A DNA stretch of 64,000 nt from Rhodospirillales bacterium (GCA_038143065.1 JAYQLI010000035.1:1536894-1600893); one strand, 5' to 3'. Shown: positions 19,901 to 31,479, counted from the stretch's first letter. Notes: generated from the sequence alone by a model not told the origin. Translations and numbers: made by a program.

Positions 19901-21148
19901 ATGAACCATAAAATTTCTCGCGAAGACTCCATTGAGCAACCTTACAGTTGGATAATCGCGTTTGCTTCACTGTCCACCCTCGCACTTGCGATGGGTGGAA
20001 ATTATTTGGCGATCGTCTCCATACCATTCCTTGAAATCGACATGGGCTGGTCGAGAGCTGCTGCTACTTCTGTTTATACAGCTACTACCCTTGGAGCAGG
20101 CATTGGCGGCATTGTCATGGGATACTTTGTATCCAAGAAGGGCGTGCAGCCAGCACTTTTCATTGCCGCGGCCGCTATAGCAGTTGGGTGTGCTATCGCC
20201 TCACTCGCTGAAAATCTGCCATCTCTCCTTCTCCCAGTTTTTCTTTTTATAGGCATGCTGGGAATGGGGTGTGGCTTTGCTCCTCTGATAGCCAATGTCA
20301 CGTTATGGTTTGACAGAAATCGAGGTCTCGCTATTGCTGTCGTTGCATGTGGCCAAACGGTGGCGGGCTCATTTTGGAACATCACCTTTGAGCCCTTGGT
20401 TTCAGAATACGGATGGCGTTCAGTCTACGTTGGCTACGGACTTTTTGCTGCCGCCACAATAATACCCCTGAGCTTTGTTCACAGACGCCCTGCTCCCGAA
20501 TTACAGCAAATAACAGGGGCTAAGGTTGGTAATACACGTCGATCACTACCAGATATTAACCCAGCCTTACTTACAATCTTGCTAGGCATGGCCATCATTG
20601 GATGCTGTGTTGCGATGTCCATGCCTATGGCTCAAATGGTTGCTTATTGCGCCACTTTAGGATTTGGAACGCATATAGGAGCCGAAATTGCCTCAATCCT
20701 CCTCGTTTGTTCCGGGGTAAGCAGACTCGGTTTTGGTCTGATTTCGGATAGGATTGGTGGTCTTAACACCATTTTGATTGGCGCCGGCCTACAAGCCGCA
20801 GCTCTATCTCTCTTCATTTTTTTCGACACGCAACAACAGCTCTATATTATTTCTATAATGTTTGGTTTGGTGTTTGGTGGGATTGTTCCCGCTTATGGTC
20901 TTGCAGTTCGAGAACTTTTCCCCGCTCAGCAGGCGCAAACCCGCACAGGTATCGTCTACTTTTTTGGATATGTAGGAATGGGTGGAGGCGGCCTCATTGG
21001 TGGCTTTGTGTATGATGTAACCTTGAGCTACCCGACTGCGTTTGGCGTAGGTGTCGCGTTTAATCTCGCTAATATCGGCCTCATTCTCCTCATCAAGGGT
21101 TTAGCTCGCTCTAGAACGCCTCCAGCTCCAGAAGTCATCCCAGCATGA
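19901..21148 (+). CDS. MFS transporter
   Basis: About 12 hydrophobic segments; WFDRNRGLA and GLISDRIG MFS loop motifs. Confidence 0.9.
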   Translation: MNHKISREDSIEQPYSWIIAFASLSTLALAMGGNYLAIVSIPFLEIDMGWSRAAATSVYTATTLGAGIGGIVMGYFVSKKGVQPALFIAAAAIAVGCAIASLAENLPSLLLPVFLFIGMLGMGCGFAPLIANVTLWFDRNRGLAIAVVACGQTVAGSFWNITFEPLVSEYGWRSVYVGYGLFAAATIIPLSFVHRRPAPELQQITGAKVGNTRRSLPDINPALLTILLGMAIIGCCVAMSMPMAQMVAYCATLGFGTHIGAEIASILLVCSGVSRLGFGLISDRIGGLNTILIGAGLQAAALSLFIFFDTQQQLYIISIMFGLVFGGIVPAYGLAVRELFPAQQAQTRTGIVYFFGYVGMGGGGLIGGFVYDVTLSYPTAFGVGVAFNLANIGLILLIKGLARSRTPPAPEVIPA

Positions 21149-21942
21149 AATTAGAAACTATAGAAATAGAAGATTCTGGCTCTGTTCGGACAGTCTGGTT
21201 CAATAGACCTGAACGAAGAAATGCCATTACCCAAAAGATGATGGCGGAACTAACGGAGACGTTCCATTCAATTGCCCAAAACGCAAATATCAGAGTATTG
21301 GTCCTAAGAGGTAGAGGCGGTAATTTTTGTGCTGGGGGTGATTTAGGCCATATGCGAGATCTCCCAAAGGAGAGCAGTAGTGACCCTACGGCTAGGGCTT
21401 ATCGGCGAATGGGAGAGGCTCTGGAGGCCCTGAACGAGCTTCCACAAGCGGTAGTTGCTGCGGTTGAAGGTGCATGCGTAGGTGGCGGACTTGGAATGGC
21501 TTGTGCTTCAGATTTTGTCCTCTGCATGGCCAACGCTAAATTGGGAATGCCAGAGGCCCGTGCTGGCTTTATACCAAGCCAAATCCTTCCGACAGTGGTG
21601 CGAAGAATTGGCGAGGGAGAGGCCCGTCGGTTGGCTGTTATCGCCAAGGTCATTAGTGGATACGAGGCTCATCGTATTGGGATTGCTCATGAGCTAACGG
21701 AAACCTCCAGCGATTTTGAGGCATCTCTTAATAACACTCTTTCAAATCTTGCCTGGGCCGAACCTACTGCAGTCGCGGAGATAAAACGCATCATTCGACT
21801 TACGAGCCAGGCTCCTATGAGTGAAGTTCTTGATGATGCTGCGAGTGCCCTATCCCGATTACTCAGAAGTGACGAAGCCGCCGAGGGTATAGCAGCATTT
21901 CAAGAAAAACGCCCGCCACGTTGGGCAACATCAAAAAAATGA
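21145..21942 (+). CDS. Enoyl-CoA hydratase/isomerase, AtuE/LiuC (glutaconyl-CoA hydratase) type
   Basis: FNRPERRNA, FCAGGDL, AVEGACVGGGLG, GMPE..GFIPSQILP.VVRRIG, EGIAAFQEKRPPRW. Confidence 0.85.
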   Translation: MKLETIEIEDSGSVRTVWFNRPERRNAITQKMMAELTETFHSIAQNANIRVLVLRGRGGNFCAGGDLGHMRDLPKESSSDPTARAYRRMGEALEALNELPQAVVAAVEGACVGGGLGMACASDFVLCMANAKLGMPEARAGFIPSQILPTVVRRIGEGEARRLAVIAKVISGYEAHRIGIAHELTETSSDFEASLNNTLSNLAWAEPTAVAEIKRIIRLTSQAPMSEVLDDAASALSRLLRSDEAAEGIAAFQEKRPPRWATSKK

Positions 21943-21953
21943 GAGGCAAAGGT

Positions 21954-22729
21954 ATGCAAATTCAATGGGAAGGAGAGGTTAAACGTGAGAGAGATGCGTT
22001 TATCCGTGAGTTTACCATACCACAAACCAAGCGCCCTATTACCGGTGTTTTATGGCACGGAGAAACAACAAAACCAGGAGCACCCTTGGTTTGCTTCGGT
22101 CATGGGGCGTCAGGAGACCGGCATCAAAGGCCAATTCCACGCATAGCTAATCAACTTGCAAGAGATCATGGGTTCTTTGGCTTGTCCTTAGATGGACCAG
22201 TCCATGGACGGCGTCAGGTGGGTGCTGGTGGACGAGAAGCATTCTGGCCTGAATGGGAACGCCCTGGCACGGTGGGGAGATGGTGCGTGACTGGCGAAAT
22301 GCACTGGCTGCAATATCATCTCTACCTGAAGTAGGCTCGGGCCCGGTGGGTTACTGGGGCCTCTCGATGGGTACGATATACGGTGCACCATTCGTTGCGG
22401 CTGAACCCAGAATTTCAGCAGCCGTTCTAGGCCTGATGGGTATTGTATCAAAACCGGCCCATTACACCCCTACAATCCAAGCTGCTGCCAAAGGAATTTC
22501 ATGCCCCGTATTTTTTATCATGCAACTGGAGGATGAATTATTTAACCGCGAGGAGTGCCTTGCACTGTTCGATGCTTTCTCTTCATCTGACAAGAGATTA
22601 CACGCCAACAGCGGCTTGCACCCGTTTGTCCCTATAGACGAATTAGACTTCAGTGCAGATTTCTTGGCCGACACCCTTAAGGGCATTCGACCAAAGCGAG
22701 AAAATATGACACTGCTCGTAAGCAGTTAA
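21954..22729 (+). CDS. Alpha/beta hydrolase; frameshifted at about 22275
   Basis: VCFGHGASG and DGPVHGRR in the first part; nucleophile elbow GYWGLSMG, EDELF and LHANSGLH in the second. One extra G in the run at 22274-22277 fuses the two ORFs. Confidence 0.8.
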
Positions 22730-22737
22730 ACTCTTCT

Positions 22738-23727
22738 TCACCGCAGGTGGCAGGCTACTATATGGCCATTTCCTTTGTTCTGCAGCACAGGTTCCTCGAC
22801 CTTGCAACGTTCCTCAGCATAAGGACAACGAGTATGAAAGTGACAGCCCTTCGGAGGATTGATTGGACTTGGCACGTCCCCCTGCAGAATTTTCTTTTCC
22901 CGCCGTATAGTTGGGTCAGGGATAGGCGCAGCTGATAACAGCGCTTCAGTGTAGGGGTGAAGTGGGTTGGTAAAGAGTGTTTTTTTATCTGCTTTTTCAA
23001 CGATGCGACCCAAGTACATTACGGCCACTTCGTCAGAGATATGCTCTACTACTGCCAAATCATGGGCAATGAAGAGATATGCCATATCTCTCTCTTCCTG
23101 GAGGTCCATCATCAGGTTAATCACCTGAGCCTGGATGGACACATCAAGAGCAGAGACTGGTTCATCACCAACAATCAGACTTGGGTTTAGGGCAAGAGCG
23201 CGTGCGATGCCGATCCGTTGACGCTGTCCACCAGAAAACTGATGCGGATAATTCTGCATCTGTGATTGGCGTAAACCTACCCGATCAAAAAGAGCTTTCG
23301 TCATCTCCTCTCGTTCGGCATCGTCACCTATATTGTGAATGTACAGAGGCTCTTTAACAATTTCTCCCGCGGTCATTCTCGGATTAAGGCTCGAGAATGG
23401 ATCCTGGAAGATAATTTGCATCTGCCGACGATAGGGTCGCAATTCCGTTTTGCTAAGGTTGGTCACATCCGTACCAGATACCTTAATTTTGCCATCTGTT
23501 GGCTCGAGCAATCTCATCGCAGTTCGGCCTACGGTAGACTTACCGCAGCCAGATTCTCCAACCAACCCTAATGTTTTTCCCCGACCTACGGAGAATGAAA
23601 CTCCATCGACGGCATAAACGTGACCGATGGTGCGCTTAAGCATTCCTGACTGAATAGGAAAATGCTTTTTCAAGTCCTCAACTTCGAGGACTGGCGCTTC
23701 AGATGCCGTTTCGACTTCAGCCATCAT
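22738..23727 (-). CDS. Peptide/nickel-type ABC transporter ATP-binding subunit (DppF/OppF)
   Basis: [38 protein letters not shown]-terminal CHFHTRC..C..ACH. Likely start MMAEV at 23727 or 23724. Confidence 0.93.
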   Translation of the reverse strand: MMAEVETASEAPVLEVEDLKKHFPIQSGMLKRTIGHVYAVDGVSFSVGRGKTLGLVGESGCGKSTVGRTAMRLLEPTDGKIKVSGTDVTNLSKTELRPYRRQMQIIFQDPFSSLNPRMTAGEIVKEPLYIHNIGDDAEREEMTKALFDRVGLRQSQMQNYPHQFSGGQRQRIGIARALALNPSLIVGDEPVSALDVSIQAQVINLMMDLQEERDMAYLFIAHDLAVVEHISDEVAVMYLGRIVEKADKKTLFTNPLHPYTEALLSAAPIPDPTIRREKKILQGDVPSPINPPKGCHFHTRCPYAEERCKVEEPVLQNKGNGHIVACHLR

Positions 23728-24753
23728 TTGCTCCATAAAGTTCGTCGGAACGGAAACAAGCAGCCCAATGGCCTGACTGTTTCTCTTCAAATTCCGGCCT
23801 TGCCTGGCGACAGGCATCGGTTGCAGCTGGGCAACGGGGCGCAAATGCACAACCATCCGGCAGCGAATGCAAAGCAGGAACTATTCCAGGATTTCCTCTA
23901 ATCGCTCTTCAACCTCTTCATCCCCTGCAACAATGGCAAGCCGCGGCACTGATGCTAGCAGTCCACGCGTGTAAGGATGTCTGGGGTTTGCAAACAAGGT
24001 ATTAACGTCAGCCTCTTCAACCTTGCGCCCCGCATACATTACAATCACCCTGTCAGCCGTTTCAGCCACAACACCCAGGTCGTGTGTGATCAAGATTACG
24101 CCTGTATCGAGGTCCTCTTTAAGCTTAACTATAAGATCAAGAATTTGAGCCTGAATGGTGACGTCCAAGGCAGTAGTAGGCTCATCCGCGATCAAAATCT
24201 TGGGATTACAGGCTAGCGCCATAGCAATCATTACGCGCTGCCGCATACCGCCAGAAAGTTGATGTGGAAATTCTTTGACCCGACGTTCTGGCTCAGGAAT
24301 GCGGACAAGCTTTAGCATCTCAATTGATCTTTGGAGGGCCTGCTCTTTTGACATACCTTGATGCAGAATTAAGGCCTCAGATATCTGCTTGCCAATCCGC
24401 ATCACGGGATTAAGGCTAGTCATAGGCTCTTGGAAGATCATTGAGATATCGTTACCACGGATGTCTCGCATCTGTGCTTCAGACATCTGCATAAGATCCT
24501 GCCCATCAAGCACAATACTACCACCAACGATCCTGCCTGGGGGATTAGGAATAAGCCGCATGATCGAGAGTGCCGTCATGCTTTTACCGCATCCTGACTC
24601 CCCAACAATTGCTAAGGTCTCACCGCGGTCTACATGAAACGAAAGCTCTTCTACCGCCCGGACAACACCGTCACGAGTAAAGAAATAGGTTTGCAGTCCA
24701 TCAACTTCCAAAGCCGCTTTATTTGGCACTGAATTTTCCGTCCCTTCTGCCAT
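23717..24753 (-). CDS. Peptide/nickel-type ABC transporter ATP-binding subunit (DppD/OppD); frameshifted at about 23889
   Basis: [34 protein letters not shown]. One added base at 23889-23890 restores [22 protein letters not shown], ending at 23717. Confidence 0.92.
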
Positions 24754-24759
24754 TTGCTT

Positions 24760-25665
24760 CTAGCTCCGCTGACGGGGATCAAGAATATCACGGACGGCAT
24801 CACCTAAAAGGTTAGCACCGAATACCGCGAAACTGATCGCAATACCTGGGAATATGACCAGCCACGGAGCTGTCCTAACGTATTCAGCCGCGGATTCTGA
24901 GAGCATCCTGCCCCAAGAGGGGTGTGGCTCAGGGATACCCAAACCTAGGAATGATAAGGAGGCTTCTGTTAGAATTGCAGAACCCAACTGGGCTGTTGCT
25001 AGCACAATAAGTGGAGCTAGTGTGTTGGGCAGAACATGCTTGAGGGCGATACGCGTCTCGCTCATCCCGATAGCTTTTGCGGCCTCGACGAAAGGCATTT
25101 CCCTCAGCGACAGCGTGTTCGACCGAATCACACGGGCTACATGCGGCACCAGAGGTATAGAAATTGCTATGATGGTGTTCTCTAGACTTGGGCCCAAGGC
25201 TGCAGCCATCACCAATGCCATTACTAAAAGAGGCAAGGCTTGCATAACATCGATAATTCGCTGAGTGATCAGGTCAAACCATCCGAGAAGGTATCCAGAT
25301 GCTAAACCAATTACTACACCAAGGAAGCATCCGAGGATTGTAGAACCAATACCCACCGCCAAACTAATTCGAGCTCCGTGAATGATACGCGAGAGCATGT
25401 CTCGCCCCATCATATCTGCACCAAGCGCGTGAAGTTCTCCAGGCGCTGCCAGTGATGTAGCTGCATTAGTTTTCACTGGATCCATTGGCGCAATCCATTC
25501 GGCAAAGACGCCACAGAAAACCAAGGCCAAAAAAAGTAAAAGCCCAATTGCGCCTAAAGGATAACTCTTCGCCAAAAACCAAGCCTTGCTTAGCCTGCTA
25601 TCCACGCCTGCACCTGCTTTAGCAAGCTCCGCTGCGTGGTCGATTACCGGTTTTGCCATCGCCAA
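24760..25665 (-). CDS. ABC transporter permease (DppC/OppC)
   Basis: LGADMMGRDMLSRIIHGARISL, EAAKAIG EAA motif, EASLSFLGLG, PSWGRML. Confidence 0.93.
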   Translation of the reverse strand: MAMAKPVIDHAAELAKAGAGVDSRLSKAWFLAKSYPLGAIGLLLFLALVFCGVFAEWIAPMDPVKTNAATSLAAPGELHALGADMMGRDMLSRIIHGARISLAVGIGSTILGCFLGVVIGLASGYLLGWFDLITQRIIDVMQALPLLVMALVMAAALGPSLENTIIAISIPLVPHVARVIRSNTLSLREMPFVEAAKAIGMSETRIALKHVLPNTLAPLIVLATAQLGSAILTEASLSFLGLGIPEPHPSWGRMLSESAAEYVRTAPWLVIFPGIAISFAVFGANLLGDAVRDILDPRQRS

Positions 25666-25672
25666 CGCTCTC

Positions 25673-26617
25673 CTATTCGTATTTGATGCGCGGATCGAGC
25701 GCGACGTAAAGGATGTCCACCAAGAAATTCGTAACCACTGTTACGAACCCGATGAACAACACCAAGTTTTGTACGATTGGGTAGTCCCGCCATTGAATTG
25801 CTTCAACAAGAAAACGAGCAACGCCCGGAATATTAAATACCGTTTCGGTGACGATCAGGCCGCCAATTAAAAACGCCGCCTCGATGCCTATGATAGTTAC
25901 AACCGGGAGAACTGCATTGGACAATGCATGACCATAATTCACTGAATTATCGGTCGCGCCCTTTGCCTTTGCAGTGCGTATGTAATCTTGACGCATCACT
26001 TCCAGCATAGACGATCGAGTAAGCCTCATAATTAGCGCAGACGATCGGAAACCGACGGCGGCTGCAGGAATGCTATAGAGAACTAACTCATCCCAAAGAT
26101 TATCTGGCGGATTTGTATAAATCGGTATTGCATCGAACCAATGCACAAACCCCATCAATATCAGAAGTGCCAACCAAAATGATGGTAGCGATAGGCCAGA
26201 GAGGCTCACCACTCTAAGGACATAATCTAAAGCAGAATTCTGATTGACCGCGGATATAACACCCAAAGGCAATCCAAAAAGTACTGAGAAAAATAAAGCT
26301 AAAACTGCAAGCTTAGCCGTTATTGGGATACGAGGAGCAATTTCATCGTACGCAGGCAACTCTGTTACATAAGAAAAGCCTAAATCCCCCTGCAAAAGCC
26401 CCCAAATCCAATTCCAGTATTGAACGGGGATTGGGTCAGAGAGCCCTAATTCATCTTCCAGCGCCGCTTTTTCGGCGGGGTCAATGAAACCTGCAGCATC
26501 AAAAAGAATATCCGCAATATTTCCGGGTACTAGCCGCAGCAGCCCAAAAATGACAATTGATATCCCAATGAGAGTCAGACCCATCAAAAGTGTGCGTCTA
26601 ATCACGTATGACGCCAT
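25673..26617 (-). CDS. ABC transporter permease (DppB/OppB)
   Basis: GDLGFSY, LPSFWL, RLTRSSMLEV..QDYIRTAKAKG, TETVFNIPG, RDYPIVQ, LDPRIKY. Confidence 0.93.
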   Translation of the reverse strand: MASYVIRRTLLMGLTLIGISIVIFGLLRLVPGNIADILFDAAGFIDPAEKAALEDELGLSDPIPVQYWNWIWGLLQGDLGFSYVTELPAYDEIAPRIPITAKLAVLALFFSVLFGLPLGVISAVNQNSALDYVLRVVSLSGLSLPSFWLALLILMGFVHWFDAIPIYTNPPDNLWDELVLYSIPAAAVGFRSSALIMRLTRSSMLEVMRQDYIRTAKAKGATDNSVNYGHALSNAVLPVVTIIGIEAAFLIGGLIVTETVFNIPGVARFLVEAIQWRDYPIVQNLVLFIGFVTVVTNFLVDILYVALDPRIKYE

Positions 26618-26656
26618 CGCAGCCTGCCTTTTTAAAGTTAGAATTACTTAATAATG

Positions 26657-26696
26657 CAAAGAGAAGGGTCCGGCTTTATGCCAGACCCTTCCTTTG
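26657..26696 (-). terminator. Stem-loop between the substrate-binding protein gene and the permease (attenuator or mRNA-stabilising hairpin)
   Basis: CAAAG-A-GAAGGGTC-C-GGC-TTTAT-GCC-A-GACCCTTC-CTTTG inverted repeat, just 3' of the SBP stop. Confidence 0.6.
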
Positions 26697-26713
26697 ATCG
26701 CAGTTTTAAACCT

Positions 26714-28304
26714 CTACTGCTGCAGCCAAATGTCCTCAAAGCGCCAGTCGCTGTAAGATCCATTCTTTTTGCGTACAAACCCTTTCACTTTAGGAGCGTG
26801 GCAGGTAGCTGCGTTGTAATGGGCAATCATTGGCCTAGCTACATCTAACTGAAGCTTAGCGTCAATTTCCCAGATGAGCTTCTTGCGAGCTTCTTGATCA
26901 CTCATAGAAGCCTGCTTCATAAAGAGCTCTTGCAGCTCCTTATTACAGTAACCCGTGTAGTTTCGCTGTGAGCCACATGCATAGTTCTCGAAGAACGTAA
27001 CATCAGGATCATCAACCGCTATACCTGTAAGGTTCATACCTACTGAGTAATCCTTACGAGCAACCTTAGCATGCCAATTTGAAGTCTCAATTGGCTCTAA
27101 TTCTCCATCAATGTATATGGATTTTAATTGGTCAATCAGGATCACCGCAGGATCACGATAAGTTGCGATGTTACGCGTTGAAACTTTAACTGCAAGTCGA
27201 TTATCTGGACCGTAACCAGCTTTTTTCATCAAACCTTGAGCTTTCTTGATGTCAGCAGCCTTATCTCCATAACCTGCAGCCTTGGAGAGAACGTCTGCGG
27301 GCATGCCCCAGGTTCCATTTGGCGGTGGCAACATTGCACCCCCCTTCTGGCCTTCTCCTTGAAAGAGAATTTTAATGAATGCATCACGATCGATCGCTGT
27401 GGCCATTGCCAAACGAATATCAGCATTATCAAAAGGAGCCTTATCGCGATTCACAATCAAGTTCAGTGAGATATTGGTTGGAACCGTATGACAGACCGCT
27501 TCAGAATACTTTTCGTTCACGTCTTTCAAGAGTGGAATGGAAATATCATTAGCAAAAAAGTGAAATCAAATTCCTTCGCGATAAAACCTAACACACGGGT
27601 TGCGCGGCTTTTGATAATTGTCCAGTCGTGACCATCTAAGTATGGGCGACCTGGTTTCCAATAATCTTCGTTTTCACGAATTTGATAGACTCGTTTTGCT
27701 TCAACTCAACAAATTTAAATGGACCAGTTCCAACAGGATTAGTGCGCATTTTTTTTGGTGAGACATGGCATGGATAAATTGGGGTGTAGCCCGAAGCCAA
27801 CAATGCCAACATCGCAGGCTGAGGCTGCCCTAGATGCATAGTAGCTTGGTAATCGTTATCCGCGGTTACCTTTTGCAGGTCCCAATACCAAGACTTCCGT
27901 GGGTTTTTACGCAGTTTGGCTTTAGCTTTACCTTGCAATAAATCAAAGGTGCATTGGACATCCTTAGCGGTGAAAGGCTTACCATCATGCCATTTCACAC
28001 CTTCACGAAGCTTAAACGTAAGCTTTGTTTTGGTGCCATCCCAGGACCAACTTTTCGCCAAATCTGGGACAATGTTTTCTATACTTTCAACGTCTTTTTG
28101 TGGATTAAAGACCACCAAATTATTGAACACGCCCTGATACGGCATGGTTGTAGAATAGGTTGCTTCTTCGTGAATCGAACCTGAAGGTGGGTTACCGCGG
28201 TGGTAAAGCTTCAGAGTTCCCCCGGCCTGCTGAGCTGCAGCATAAACCGGTACAGCAAGCGTAGCGACAACTGCTAGGCCGGCCAACCAAGTTTTAGGTT
28301 GCAT
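26714..28304 (-). CDS. ABC transporter substrate-binding protein, family 5 (DppA-like); two frameshifts at about 27672 and 27556
   Basis: Signal peptide, IVPDLAKSW, LREGVKWHDGKPFTAKDV, VGTGPFKF. Repairing the T4 run (27671-27674) and A6 run (27554-27559) gives KNEDYWKPGRPYLDG..FDFTF.NDISIPLLKDV, joining ORF 26714-27529. Confidence 0.9.
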
Positions 28305-28416
28305 TATTTTCTCCCTGTTTTGAAATCATTCTTCTTCATAAAAACGTCTGAGGCTAACACGCTTGAAATTTTTAGCAACCTTGAACCAAAAAAGCTGGAC
28401 GTATCATGCTGTCATA

Positions 28417-29569
28417 ATGGAAACTCAGGGCATGTATGAGATGTCTCCTGAAGCTATTGAGGTTCAAAACCTCGTCCGTCGCGTTGCTATTGAACGCGTG
28501 AGCCAACGAGCGGCTGAAATTGATAAGACTGGGGAATATCCTCAGGACATGTTCGATTTGCTGCGGGAACTTGGGATTTTTACCCTACCATTTCCAGAAG
28601 AATATGGCGGCCAGAACAGTCTCTTGGCCGGCTGCGTAGCCACCGAGGAACTCGGACGTGTTTGCTATAACACCGGCTACCTTCTGGTTGTCCAGTGGAC
28701 ACCATTTGGCGCGATCATGGCCGCAGGAACAAAAGTTCAAAAAGATAAGTATTTGCCAGGCCTTGCATCAGGCAGCCTACGAGCCGCTTTCTCAATCACA
28801 GAACCGCAATCTGGATCTGATGTAGCAGGCATAAAAACAACCGCACGCATGTCTAATGATGGCTGGCATCTTTCGGAGCCAAAATCTGGTGCACGAACGC
28901 TTTAGTCTCAGATTTTATCGTCCTTGCCGCAAAGACAGGCGAAGCTAGAGGGGATATTAACTTCTTCATAGTCCCTACGGATGCTAAAGGCCTTCAAATT
29001 GGTCCTAAGGAAGACAAATTAGGTGCCCGAGGCGTGCCATCATCCCCTCTATTTTTGGATGATGTCGTTCTGCCACCAGATGCCATCCTTGGCGAACCTG
29101 GCAAAGGGTTCAAGCAAGTGATGAGCGCCTTGGCACTCTCTCGACCAATTATCGGCGCCCGGGCGGTGGGCCTTGCACAAGGTGCCCTTGATCTTGCAAT
29201 CGACTTTATGCGAGAGCGCCAAGCATTCAATCAACCCCTAACAGATTTTCAGGGTCTGCGTTGGATGCTTGCGGATATGGCGATGCAGATCGAAGCTGCC
29301 CGAGGATTGGTATACAAGGCCGCCCAAATGACGGATGCAGGTGTTAGAGGAAAAAATTAGCTCATTCTGCAGCAGTCGCAAAAGCCTATGCGAGTGATAT
29401 CGCCATGAAGGTTGCAACAGACGCCGTGCAGATTTTTGGTGCCTCAGGAATCTCTAATGACTTCCCGATTAATCGCTATTTCCGAGATGCGAAGGTGGTC
29501 CAAATCATTGAGGGTTCCAACCAAATTCAACGGAATATCATTGCCAAAGAATTTGATAGATGGGATTGA
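28417..29569 (+). CDS. Acyl-CoA dehydrogenase; two frameshifts at about 28874 and 29353
   Basis: FPEEYGG, FSITEPQSGSDVA, repaired GAKIWCTN, EDKLGARG, RQAFNQPL.DFQGL.WMLADM, repaired AKAYAS..AVQIFGASG..RYFRDAKVVQIIEGSNQIQR. Confidence 0.9.
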
Positions 29570-29572
29570 CTA

Positions 29573-30769
29573 ATGGTGGATGACTATACGCAAGAGGCAA
29601 CGGGTCCTCTGAGGGGTGTGAAAGTTATCGACCTTACAATCAACGTACTCGGCCCCCTCGCCACACAAATTTTAGGCGATATGGGTGCAGACGTCATCAA
29701 GGTAGAGCCACCAGGCGGTGACCCAATGCGTCGCCTTGGGCCTGGCCATGAAATCAACATGGCTGCTCATTTTTTGGCTATGAACCGGAATAAACGAAGT
29801 ATCGAACTAGACCTCAAAAAACCCAAAGCACTCAATAGTCTTAAAAGACTGATCAAAACGGCAGATGTATTGGTTTTATCCATGCGCGCCAGTGCTGTGG
29901 AACGACTTGGTTTGAGTTATGAGGCCCTTGCTGAAGAAAATCCCAGGCTGATCTATGCGTCTGCTACCGGATATGCCAGACATGGACCTGACAAAGATCG
30001 CCCGGCATATGATGATGTGATTCAGGGCGAAAGCGGAATGGCTGGAATGATTACCTCTGCCAATGGCGAAGCACGTTTCACCCCAATGGCACTAGCAGAC
30101 AAATTTTGCGGCACGCAGCTTGCAAGCGCCGTGGGAATGGCACTCTTTGCCCGTGAAAAGAACGGGCAAGGGCAGGAAGTTCACCTTCCAATGCTGGAAA
30201 CAATGACCGCTTTCAATATTGCTGACCATTTCTGGGAAAAGGCCCTTGATCGCCCAGGTGGCAAGCCTGGCTTTCCAAGAATGTTTACTCCCCATCGGCG
30301 CCCCTATGCGACAACAGACGGCCATATATGCCTTCTTGCTGTCACTAACGAGCAATGGACGCGCCTTTTGCCGGCACTAGGCCTTGATCAAGCTGCCCAA
30401 GATCCTCGCTTCAAAACCTTAGAAGGTCGGACAGAAAACATTAATGAACTCTTGGGCTTAGTGGCGGAACGTCTAGCAACAGACACAACCAAACACTGGC
30501 GCAGCATTCTCGATAGTGTTGATATTCCGAACGGTACGATGGCCTCTCTACAAGGATTATTTGAGGATCCCTACTTAAATACGACAGGCTTTTTCAAACG
30601 CCTCAATCATCCAACCGCGGGTCCTACCCTGACCTCTACTCCACCTATTGCTTTCTTTAAAACCCCCGCCAACATTCATCGTCCACAACCTGTGCTTGGA
30701 GCTGATGGGCGCGCGGTATTGGAAGAGGCTGGGCTTGACGCATCTGAAATCGATGAAGCTCTGGGATGA
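29573..30769 (+). CDS. Family III CoA-transferase (CaiB/BaiF)
   Basis: GPLRGVKVIDLT, LGDMGADVIKVEPPGGDPMR, NRNKRSI, YDDVIQGESG, catalytic Asp in LADK. Confidence 0.93.
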   Translation: MVDDYTQEATGPLRGVKVIDLTINVLGPLATQILGDMGADVIKVEPPGGDPMRRLGPGHEINMAAHFLAMNRNKRSIELDLKKPKALNSLKRLIKTADVLVLSMRASAVERLGLSYEALAEENPRLIYASATGYARHGPDKDRPAYDDVIQGESGMAGMITSANGEARFTPMALADKFCGTQLASAVGMALFAREKNGQGQEVHLPMLETMTAFNIADHFWEKALDRPGGKPGFPRMFTPHRRPYATTDGHICLLAVTNEQWTRLLPALGLDQAAQDPRFKTLEGRTENINELLGLVAERLATDTTKHWRSILDSVDIPNGTMASLQGLFEDPYLNTTGFFKRLNHPTAGPTLTSTPPIAFFKTPANIHRPQPVLGADGRAVLEEAGLDASEIDEALG

Positions 30770-31380
30770 TATCTGTCGAACTCCGTCAAAAACTAGCGAG
30801 TAATATTTCTCGCCTAGAAATCCAAAAAGTAAGCAATACGGCATTAAAAGCGGCTGCGGTTTCGATAGCTATTACGGAGGATGAGAGCGGAGCTCCCGCC
30901 TTTATTCTAACCCGAAGATCTGGAAGTTTAAGGCGACACGCACACCAATGGGCATTACCAGGTGGCAGATTAGACCCTGGAGAGACTATAATTGAGGCTG
31001 GCCTGAGAGAAATGGAGGAAGAAATTGGTCTTTCTTTATCTCCCAAAGATCTCGTAGGGCGCCTCGACGATTACCCAACACGTTCAGGATACAATATCTC
31101 TCCACTAGTCTTCTGGGCTGGGCCGGCCAAAAACTTAACTCCCAACCCGTCAGAGGTACACGCGCTCTATCGCATTCCACTTAAAGAACTCGATCGTCCG
31201 GAATCGCCTGATTTAATTCGCATCCCGGAAAGCGATCGTCCGGTTATTCGAATGGCTATCATGAATGATATGGTTCATGCTCCGACTGCCGCCCTGCTAT
31301 ACCAATTTCGCGAGGTTGCCATGCACGGTCGACTTATTAGGGTTGATCATTTTGATCAGCCTGTTTTCGCGTGGCGCTAA
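30766..31380 (+). CDS. Nudix CoA pyrophosphatase (NudL/NUDT7-like)
   Basis: AAV..ILTRRS.SLRRHAHQWALPGG (NuCoA motif) plus Nudix box G-x5-E-x7-REMEEEIGL; NPSEV. Confidence 0.9.
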   Translation: MISVELRQKLASNISRLEIQKVSNTALKAAAVSIAITEDESGAPAFILTRRSGSLRRHAHQWALPGGRLDPGETIIEAGLREMEEEIGLSLSPKDLVGRLDDYPTRSGYNISPLVFWAGPAKNLTPNPSEVHALYRIPLKELDRPESPDLIRIPESDRPVIRMAIMNDMVHAPTAALLYQFREVAMHGRLIRVDHFDQPVFAWR

Positions 31381-31479
31381 ACCAAAAGTCTTAAAAATTT
31401 AACCACAATGCTTTAGGAACTTCCAGGACGAGGACGCTAAACGAGCATCACACCCAAATTTTAGGCCAAGAGAGGTTCA

